From sequence record OP310983.1: a DNA stretch of 64,000 bases, one strand, 5' to 3'. Shown in pieces: positions 56,720 to 64,000 of this stretch. Below the pieces are notes generated by a model, which worked only from the letters and a program-made list of their open reading frames with translations, made no database searches and was not told the DNA's origin. How positions within the stretch are numbered: position 1 is the first letter of the stretch; each line of letters opens with the position of its first letter. The translations under genes were made by a program, and so were the position numbers.

Positions 56720-58915
56720 ATGACCGCATTTGCCCAACCAAATCCGTTTTTAAAAGATGTCAATGATTACCATCGTGATATTGATATCATTAATGCATGT
56801 CTTGATGATAATGCCAAATATCTTCAATTAATGACAAAAGATGAATTAAATATTAGTTTAGAAGAATGTAAAGAATTTGTTAAAGAACAATTACGTCAAA
56901 ATGGCGAATATGCACTTCGTAACCCAGTAGCAACTATCCTAGATAAAAATAAGTTTGGTGATAGGGAATTAAAGACTGTTTCATTTATGGCTTTCCTTAA
57001 CCGTGTTAAGAAACAGAATCTATTATTATCTCCATCAATGACCGCATATTTACCAGAGTCTGTTAGACAGTCGACGCACTCCATCTATATTGCTGAAGGT
57101 GTGAAAAACCGTAAGCGTGTTAAAGGTGAGCAGATGCAGGCTGAACGTGAAGCAGCTGCTTTCCTACAGGCCGGCGATAAAGAGAATTCACAAATTAAAA
57201 CAGAACTTGCACAAGTACGTAAAGGTGAACAAGAAAACTTCAAAATTAACAATAACTCATATTCAGGAGGTACGGTATCTGCTGCCACTATTCTTTATTA
57301 TAAGTCCACACACTCTAGTTTAACATCTACTTGTAGAACTGGTACCTCTTATGCTAACTCAAATAATGAAAAATTCATTATGGGTAATAGGCATTATTAT
57401 ACTCCGGAAATCACAAAAGCTAATTTAGTAAATATTATTAATGTAGCTGATATGGAGTTAATTCAAAAAGCAGTAACTAATTTTAATCTACATTGCCCAA
57501 CGCCAGAAGAAGTAGTTGATATGGTTCTTTATTCAACTAAACACTATTGGCAAAATAAGTATTACACGGCACAGATTTTAAAACTAGCTACTGGGATGAC
57601 ACCAGTCGAACGAGCAGCAGTTATGTATGTAGGTGATCTATATCACTTATATAAATACAATAAAGAATTAATCAAGAGCTTTCTAATTAAATTAAGCCAG
57701 GTTGGAACAAAAGAACAAATCATCACTGAAGAAGAATATTCAACTTATGATGGTGATATGGATCTTTTGGCTAGCTTTATTTGCTTTGATACTGTTAAAG
57801 GTCGATCTAAAGCTAAACTAAAAGAATCTGATCCAGATACACTGAATCAAATTTTTGCAACTGGTCGAAATATCGCTGAAACTCTTAATGAATATCGTCT
57901 ATTGATTGAAGCTTTCTTCTTGACTAAATGTGTACCATCAAGTATTCATGCTTTTCCAACGGTATATAGGCGAGCTGCTGTTATTTCAGATACTGACTCC
58001 ACTATGTTTACATTACAATGGTGGGTTGAGGAATTCTTTGGTAAAGTAACTTTTAGCAATGAAGCTAAACGACTAGTATTTGCACTAGTGTTTCTAGTAT
58101 CTGAAGTAGTTATGCATATCTTAGCGATTCAATCCGCTAATATGGGTGTATCTAAAGATAAGCTTCGTCTATTTGCAATGAAGAACGAATTTTATTTCGC
58201 AGTACTGGCCTTAACTACTCGTTCTAAACATTACTTTGCATCACAGGATGCCCAAGAAGGGGTGATGTTTAATGAATCTCGGATGGAGATTAAAGGCGTG
58301 GGGCTAAGGGATAGTAAAGTACCTAAGAAGATTAATAGTCGTGCTAAAAAACTCATGGAAGATATTATTAAGACGGTAAAGGCTGAAGAGAAAATCGACT
58401 TAGCTTCAATTCTAAAAGAAGCCGGTAATATCGAAAGAGAAATTATTGAGTCTGTTAGAAGTGGTAAAGCCGAGTATCTTACAAGTGGTCAAACTAAACG
58501 ACCTGAATCTTATAAATCTGAAGATAACTCAACTCATAAAAAGGGATTGGTGTGGAAGACTGTATTTGCTCCGTCATTTGGTGAAGCTGGTGATCCACCT
58601 TATTCACATGTAAAGATCTCAGTTACTCTTAATAATAAAACTGCGATCAAAGAATGGATTGATGGTATCGAAGATAAGAAATTAGCTGCTCGTATTCAAG
58701 CATGGGTTACTGAAGAAAATAAAACCAGTATTGGTGATTTCCATATTCCTAGTACAGTAGTAGAAACTGGTCGTATTCCAGAAGTTATTACGCGTGTTGC
58801 TGACGTTAGAACAATCATTGGAAACACTATGGGTGTATTCTATCTAACCTTAGAGTCCCTAGGTATTTTCCTTATTGATAAAAATAACGATCGACTCATC
58901 TCTGACTTCTATTAA
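56720..58915 (+). CDS. family B DNA polymerase, polymerase subunit (gp50-like)
   Basis: Motif B KINNNSYSG, motif C VISDTDS, K.Y and EIKGV thumb motifs; no N-terminal exonuclease motifs visible. Confidence 0.9.
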   Translation: MTAFAQPNPFLKDVNDYHRDIDIINACLDDNAKYLQLMTKDELNISLEECKEFVKEQLRQNGEYALRNPVATILDKNKFGDRELKTVSFMAFLNRVKKQNLLLSPSMTAYLPESVRQSTHSIYIAEGVKNRKRVKGEQMQAEREAAAFLQAGDKENSQIKTELAQVRKGEQENFKINNNSYSGGTVSAATILYYKSTHSSLTSTCRTGTSYANSNNEKFIMGNRHYYTPEITKANLVNIINVADMELIQKAVTNFNLHCPTPEEVVDMVLYSTKHYWQNKYYTAQILKLATGMTPVERAAVMYVGDLYHLYKYNKELIKSFLIKLSQVGTKEQIITEEEYSTYDGDMDLLASFICFDTVKGRSKAKLKESDPDTLNQIFATGRNIAETLNEYRLLIEAFFLTKCVPSSIHAFPTVYRRAAVISDTDSTMFTLQWWVEEFFGKVTFSNEAKRLVFALVFLVSEVVMHILAIQSANMGVSKDKLRLFAMKNEFYFAVLALTTRSKHYFASQDAQEGVMFNESRMEIKGVGLRDSKVPKKINSRAKKLMEDIIKTVKAEEKIDLASILKEAGNIEREIIESVRSGKAEYLTSGQTKRPESYKSEDNSTHKKGLVWKTVFAPSFGEAGDPPYSHVKISVTLNNKTAIKEWIDGIEDKKLAARIQAWVTEENKTSIGDFHIPSTVVETGRIPEVITRVADVRTIIGNTMGVFYLTLESLGIFLIDKNNDRLISDFY

Positions 58916-59012
58916 GAAATATAGCCTCCCCTAGTGGGAGGCTTATATACTAAAAAATAATTAAGATTTATATAGTCTGATTGCCAATTACTAACTTAAT
59001 ATGGTTCAATAT

Positions 59013-59190
59013 AATGACAAATCATACCGAATTTAATTTTGACTTAGATCGGATGAAGAAGGCAATTAACAGTGGTACTATCACATTACCAACCGCTCCA
59101 CCTGGGTTAACTCGTGAAGAAAAACGAGCATTTATCCGAAGTTATATTAAAGACAAATTAAAAGAGGTAACTAATGATGAAAGAGAATAA
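59013..59190 (+). CDS. small hypothetical protein
   Basis: Track ORF 58981-59190, probable start MTNHTEFNF. Confidence 0.6.
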
Positions 59191-59896
59191 AGAAGTCCGC
59201 GTAATTACCTGGAATGATTATAGTAAATTAGTAAATGATAATCGTATTAGGATCCATGGATTAGCACCTGATGATTCCACCAAAGCAACAGCCTATGTTC
59301 TTTTGGATGACGGTAGTGAAGAATTAGTATATGTAACTTATACCAACGAATTAAAAGAAGTTGATGTTACTACTGAAACAACTGCAATTACTAGTGATAA
59401 AAGTTCACTAGATGATGTTCAACCAATTGGTTTAATTACCTCTAGTAACGAACCACCAAAGTTAATGAGTCTAAATGACTATATTGATGAATTCAATTGG
59501 CACTCAAGTGCTGACAACGATTACAATAATGTCTCACTTGAATTAATGTTAAATACCCATCATACAACTCTTTGGGAATGTGATAATATCCTGGTAAAAG
59601 ACGTAACTATTAAACAAGCTCTTAAAGAAGGTGTTGATAAACAACTTATTAATACCGATAGTTCATTTGATGAACTAGTTACTCATCTAAGATTGACTGC
59701 TAAAGCTATTATGGACCCATTAGATGAAATGGATAATGGAGTTAAAAGCAGTGACCAAGCTGTAGTTGATCAATTACTAAATCATGACCGCAAGCCAGGT
59801 AAGTTTAGTAATAAAATGCTATTACCAGCTATCCCAGGAATTAACCGAGCTGAACGTAGAAAATTACTTTCTAAAATGAAGAAAGGTAATTTCTAA
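59174..59896 (+). CDS. hypothetical protein
   Basis: 240 aa, GAGG RBS. Confidence 0.85.
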   Translation: MMKENKEVRVITWNDYSKLVNDNRIRIHGLAPDDSTKATAYVLLDDGSEELVYVTYTNELKEVDVTTETTAITSDKSSLDDVQPIGLITSSNEPPKLMSLNDYIDEFNWHSSADNDYNNVSLELMLNTHHTTLWECDNILVKDVTIKQALKEGVDKQLINTDSSFDELVTHLRLTAKAIMDPLDEMDNGVKSSDQAVVDQLLNHDRKPGKFSNKMLLPAIPGINRAERRKLLSKMKKGNF

Positions 59897-59939
59897 TAAA
59901 ACGGCATATAACCCCCTCCAATTTAGGAGGGGGTTTATG

Positions 59940-61031
59940 TCACATTTCTTTTCTTTTAAGTGCATCTATCATCCAATCAACTTGTGCCTGTTGAGCTTTT
60001 ACAAACTCACTATTTGCTTGTTGCTTAAATGCTTGATCATTAGATGCTTCTATAAGATCAATTAATACAGTGTTAACAGAAGATTGATCATAACCAGTAT
60101 TCTTTAAAAGCTGCCCTACAAGATACTTAATGAAGGGTGTGCGAGCCAATACATAAGCCCATTCATTATTCCTGTTAATAGGTTCTCGTGGGAGCCGCAT
60201 CATATCGAACAAATTAGATTGTACGATAGCTGGTGTTATCCATGATAAACCTTCCATGTCTACACCTTTTAATATGGATTCTCTATTGATAGTTGTACAT
60301 AGTTTATCAATACGTGGATTCATATCAGTGATGTAAAATGGATGCGGTATAGGGAATGTTGGATTTTTAATATCTAAAGCATTCCTTGCTAACCTATTAA
60401 AGAAAGAAATATCTAAATAAGAGTCAACCATATTTGGCAATACAAATGATCCTATAAACCTATAAGTGTCTTCTACTTCATCAGGATTCTTCTCAACTTG
60501 CCATCGATACCAGTAACGGTACATCACAAGAAGCATTGGTATATTTACTAGAGTTACACCATAGCCTCTACCCTGTGTGGTATTGTTCATGATAGGTAAA
60601 TTAGTATCAGTACGTGTATGATACAGATACGTAACAGGGGAAAGTTTATACCATGTTTTATTTAGATCTTTTAGATCAAAGCTCTCTGATGTGGATACTA
60701 GAACTTCTTCAGTTTGAGGACCAAGTGTAACACCACCTACATGAACCTTACCTTTATTTAAAGATGATGTAATACCAAATGAACGAATAATAGCACGTGA
60801 ACGATCGTCCACGTTCTTTATAAAAGTAGCATCATCACTTAGTAACTCTACGTTAAAATGTCGAATCATTTGTGCTAATATGTTTTTAGATTCAACATAC
60901 TTCGGTGCCCGTCTATAATAACTTTTAACGTCCCTAATTTGCTCAGCGTAGATTCGTCGGATATAATGGATGTTAGGATCAACCACCTGCCCCAATTTAC
61001 GTGACGGAGCATTCTTAAATAAATTATACAT
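59940..61031 (-). CDS. conserved phiKZ-group core protein (gp52-like)
   Basis: 363 aa; synteny upstream of gp53-chimallin. Confidence 0.8.
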   Translation of the reverse strand: MYNLFKNAPSRKLGQVVDPNIHYIRRIYAEQIRDVKSYYRRAPKYVESKNILAQMIRHFNVELLSDDATFIKNVDDRSRAIIRSFGITSSLNKGKVHVGGVTLGPQTEEVLVSTSESFDLKDLNKTWYKLSPVTYLYHTRTDTNLPIMNNTTQGRGYGVTLVNIPMLLVMYRYWYRWQVEKNPDEVEDTYRFIGSFVLPNMVDSYLDISFFNRLARNALDIKNPTFPIPHPFYITDMNPRIDKLCTTINRESILKGVDMEGLSWITPAIVQSNLFDMMRLPREPINRNNEWAYVLARTPFIKYLVGQLLKNTGYDQSSVNTVLIDLIEASNDQAFKQQANSEFVKAQQAQVDWMIDALKRKEM

Positions 61032-61112
61032 GGTTATTATCCGATTAAAAATTAATTGAGATCTATATCATAGTTTGGTAACAACAGTAGTAATTACAAA
61101 TAGGAATATACA

Positions 61113-61478
61113 ATGGCTAAAAATAATGTTGAAGATCCGCCACTATATTTAGGTAATAACAAAGATCTTACTGTATACATGACTAGCAAAGAAATTGTAG
61201 TAAACTTTTTCAATGTCGAGCGTAGGGTTAAGATAGATCCTAATGATCCCAATCCATTAGCAACTGCTACTAAACTCCATGAGGAATTAATAAAGGTATT
61301 AGTCGCATATCGATTTGGTAGTGTAGTTAAAGTAAATGAAACATCTGCTTCGGCACATTCACCATTTATTGCTAAATTTGATACAACTGATAATAATAAA
61401 GTTGATCCAGTTAGTAAACTATACAAACTGTATCATTCTCTTTTTGGAACAGTTCGTAAGTATATGCGAAGTAAATGA
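61113..61478 (+). CDS. hypothetical protein upstream of chimallin (gp53-like)
   Basis: 121 aa, AGGA RBS. Confidence 0.8.
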   Translation: MAKNNVEDPPLYLGNNKDLTVYMTSKEIVVNFFNVERRVKIDPNDPNPLATATKLHEELIKVLVAYRFGSVVKVNETSASAHSPFIAKFDTTDNNKVDPVSKLYKLYHSLFGTVRKYMRSK

Positions 61479-61709
61479 TAACTGCATTTTATAAAAATAC
61501 TGATAGTTATTATTTAATACAGGACTGACGTAAATTAGTTTCTGGATTCAAACTTTATACCCATAAACTCAAAAAAGAAGATATGGAAATTGTAAGATGA
61601 AAAATAAATAATACTCAGATTGTAATAATATGTAGTGAACATAGTGTTCGTTACGATCTGCTGATAGCAGATTATAGCGTCTATGTTGTAATGAAAAAAA
61701 TTTGAGATT

Positions 61710-61717
61710 TATATTAC
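61710..61717 (+). promoter_or_regulatory. early promoter for chimallin (TATATTAC)
   Basis: Exact motif 73 nt upstream of the chimallin ATG. Confidence 0.75.
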
Positions 61718-61789
61718 TAAATTGAATCTAGTATACTAAGTACTTAGGTTCTTCTTGATCAAGAAACCATAATCGTAAAGGTATTTAAA

Positions 61790-63670
61790 ATGGCTGTTAA
61801 CGAAAACGAAATCGGCACCGTTCAAACTCAAGCTACCGCTCCGGCTCCGCAACCCACTGCACAACGTCAAGCTCAACGTCCGGCTGGCGCACCTGGGTCC
61901 ACTACTGGCATTAACCATCTAATGCGTCGCTCTGGTCGGCTAGATGGCTCTGATGCTCGTTCAGCAGATGCCCTACAAGTATTCACTAAAGTAAAAGAAG
62001 AAGCAATCCGCCATCAGGACCTACCTGATGACTTCGATATCCATCGTTTCGATCGCGATGCACAACAAGTGGGTATGGCTGGTCTACTCATTGTTAAACT
62101 AGCTAAAGATATCAATGGTTCCATGAAGGCATTCGTTCGTACTCTAGTACTCGATAACCTACCTGGTACTCGCATCCGTCCCCGTACCCACAAAATCAAC
62201 AATGGTCTAACTGATGACATCATTGAAGAGAAGGTACTACCGCGTGATGTATTCACTGCTCAATACTGGAGCAAGATCGGCGAGTTCCTACGGAACCGTT
62301 ACAACATCCCTGGTCTAGAAGTACTATCTGCCGGTCCCCGTGCAGTGTATGCTGACTTCGACTTCAAAGATGAACTAGCTGTTAAGAACCTACTAGTTGA
62401 ATCTGTTAATATCTGTGAAGATGCTATTGCGCGTCGTAACAATGAGACTCCGTTCTCTATTGCGACCCACATCAAAGCAGAAAACGAACAGCTTACCTGC
62501 AATCTAGACTACAATGGTATTCCGGTTAAAGATAGCTGTGGTAATCCGATCCGTTCTGACCTGGTCATCTCCACTAGCCGTGGTAAGAAAACCAACGTAC
62601 CTGAGAACGAGTTCTATGATACCGATAGCCAGCTAAACCAAGTTAGTCTATTCGTAGATCTACATTGGACTCCGACCACTGGCCAGCAACAAGGCATGTT
62701 TGGCGTAACTCTACCTGGTGCAGTTCTACCTCCGCAGTTCACTCCTTACATCGTTATTACTGACGTTCGTAAGGCGTCCTGGATCCAAGCATGGACTCTA
62801 GAAATGTGGCTGTTCGCGCTTGGTAACGCGTATCGTGCAACTGCATCTCAGGCATGGGCTCGTACTCTAATGCCGAAGATCGCTACTAGTAAGATGCGTG
62901 ATATTGGTGCACTTGGTTATTACTCAGAGCTAGGTAAAGCGATTGAAACTCGCACCGAAGCATTCATGGCAGACGACAGCAACTTCGTAATGCTAATGAA
63001 CAAGATGGTTAACCAGAACCCTGCATTCCAGATCGATGTCGATCCAATGGGAGACAACTCAGCTATTGAGCAAGTCGTCCTAGATGCAGCTGGTGGCGTA
63101 AACCAAGCTCGTGCAGTTAGTCTGATCTTCCAAGCTCTAACTAACCTATACGGCACTGATTTCCGTCAGTTCTATAATCTAGCTGAAGCTGGTCCGATTA
63201 TCTTTGACAACCATCATGAAGTAGACCTCGGTCACTACACTGATGAGCATGGTGAACTAAGCGACCGTCGTGATCTCGACGTTCTAGGTGCCATGAACAT
63301 GTCTGAAGGTAATGACCAAGAGTGGAAGACCTGGTACGCTACTCAGGTAGGTAATGACCACATTGTGCGTCGTATGAATAACAGTAAAGGCTTCGACAAG
63401 ATGTACCTAGGTAACGTTACCTATACTGGTCGTGCTCGTCGTCTAACCTTTAACCCGAAATTCATCACCGCAATGGATGCCGCAGCAGCAGCAGCTGGTG
63501 TAACTGTAACCATGGAAAACCTAATTACCAACTTCGGTCAACAGCGCTTCGCTGGTTACACCGGTATGGGTAACATGGCTGTTTCTGGTAGTGCACAAGT
63601 TGGCATGGCTGGCAGCATGGGTCAAACTTACGGCGCTCCTTCCTATAATGCACCGGGTACCTGGTACTAA
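61790..63670 (+). CDS. chmA: chimallin / phage nuclear shell protein (gp54, PhuN)
   Basis: 626 aa; disordered Q/A/P N-terminus, core motifs FDRD, G.P.RSDL, QFTP.IVIT, RRLTFNP.FI, Gly/Met-rich C-tail; syntenic with DNA polymerase and phuZ. Confidence 0.93.
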   Translation: MAVNENEIGTVQTQATAPAPQPTAQRQAQRPAGAPGSTTGINHLMRRSGRLDGSDARSADALQVFTKVKEEAIRHQDLPDDFDIHRFDRDAQQVGMAGLLIVKLAKDINGSMKAFVRTLVLDNLPGTRIRPRTHKINNGLTDDIIEEKVLPRDVFTAQYWSKIGEFLRNRYNIPGLEVLSAGPRAVYADFDFKDELAVKNLLVESVNICEDAIARRNNETPFSIATHIKAENEQLTCNLDYNGIPVKDSCGNPIRSDLVISTSRGKKTNVPENEFYDTDSQLNQVSLFVDLHWTPTTGQQQGMFGVTLPGAVLPPQFTPYIVITDVRKASWIQAWTLEMWLFALGNAYRATASQAWARTLMPKIATSKMRDIGALGYYSELGKAIETRTEAFMADDSNFVMLMNKMVNQNPAFQIDVDPMGDNSAIEQVVLDAAGGVNQARAVSLIFQALTNLYGTDFRQFYNLAEAGPIIFDNHHEVDLGHYTDEHGELSDRRDLDVLGAMNMSEGNDQEWKTWYATQVGNDHIVRRMNNSKGFDKMYLGNVTYTGRARRLTFNPKFITAMDAAAAAAGVTVTMENLITNFGQQRFAGYTGMGNMAVSGSAQVGMAGSMGQTYGAPSYNAPGTWY

Positions 63671-64000
63671 TAGGAAATACCTCGGTAGATAGGGATGTTA
63701 AATAAGTAACATCCCGATTCTAATACTGCGACCCTGGTTCACTTCGGTGATAACGGTTAGGAGTAGGTTCCGTGAAGTAATCGACTAGTGGACTTAGTCT
63801 AGGTCGACCTATCACTACACGAGGATGATAGATCACTTAACCGAAAGGAGTTACTCAAAAGGTGACGTGTGATCAAAAACTACAATGGATGGTAAATGAT
63901 ACTAGTGCCGGTATGCTACAGAGAAGAGCGGAGGTTAAGCTTTGTAGATGACGCTAGGATCGGGCCAGGCTCCGTTGGTGGTCCATTGTAAAAACTGATA
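63671..64000 (+). ncRNA. candidate large structured non-coding RNA (may run past the window end)
   Basis: No ORF over about 31 codons; at least eight helices, with cUUCGg and cGAAAg tetraloops and G-U pairs reading on the + strand. Confidence 0.6.

Noticed and set aside
62014-63156. Minus-strand ORFs within chimallin
   Set aside because: Antisense shadows from strong codon bias.
63671-64000. Group I/II intron, tRNA, tmRNA, RNase P or SRP identity for the structured region
   Set aside because: chmA ends with a normal stop and complete C-tail; I see no GUGCG/domain V, P7 core, cloverleaf or tmRNA termini. It stays as an unclassified candidate.

Overview
This window is a segment of a nucleus-forming jumbo phage genome of the phiKZ group (Phikzvirus/Chimalliviridae, very likely infecting Pseudomonas aeruginosa). 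The assignment rests on proteins I recognise directly: PhuZ/TubZ tubulin (48074-49057), chimallin/ChmA nuclear shell protein (61790-63670), the RNase E inhibitor Dip (46442-47263), large terminase, tail sheath and tube, the family-B DNA polymerase, class Ia ribonucleotide reductase and DHFR. Six tRNAs are present (Thr, Asn, Asp, CAU probably Ile2, Pro, Leu). By synteny the window runs from the end of the phiKZ reference map (about gp290-gp306) through gp1-gp54; gp numbers below are synteny-based unless stated otherwise. Order: accessory genes and tRNAs (1-9 kb); head protein and RNR (9-15 kb); a GC-richer early host-takeover region of small genes behind TATATTAC promoters (15.5-28.7 kb); terminase, baseplate and tail genes (28.7-39.7 kb); Dip/PhuZ region (39.8-51 kb); conserved core genes, DNA polymerase and chimallin (51-63.7 kb). 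The best candidates for something undescribed are: (1) an ORF-free, multi-helix structured RNA of at least 320 nt starting right after the chimallin stop codon; (2) a triple-hairpin RNA with C-rich anti-Shine-Dalgarno-like loops at about 9.1 kb; (3) an early protein with a ribosomal bL12-like C-terminal motif; (4) a KTSC-like domain inside a protease-processed head protein; (5) a G-quadruplex/hairpin element upstream of the gp38-phuZ pair. No CRISPR array, intron or IS element was found. No database searches or folding computations were run.
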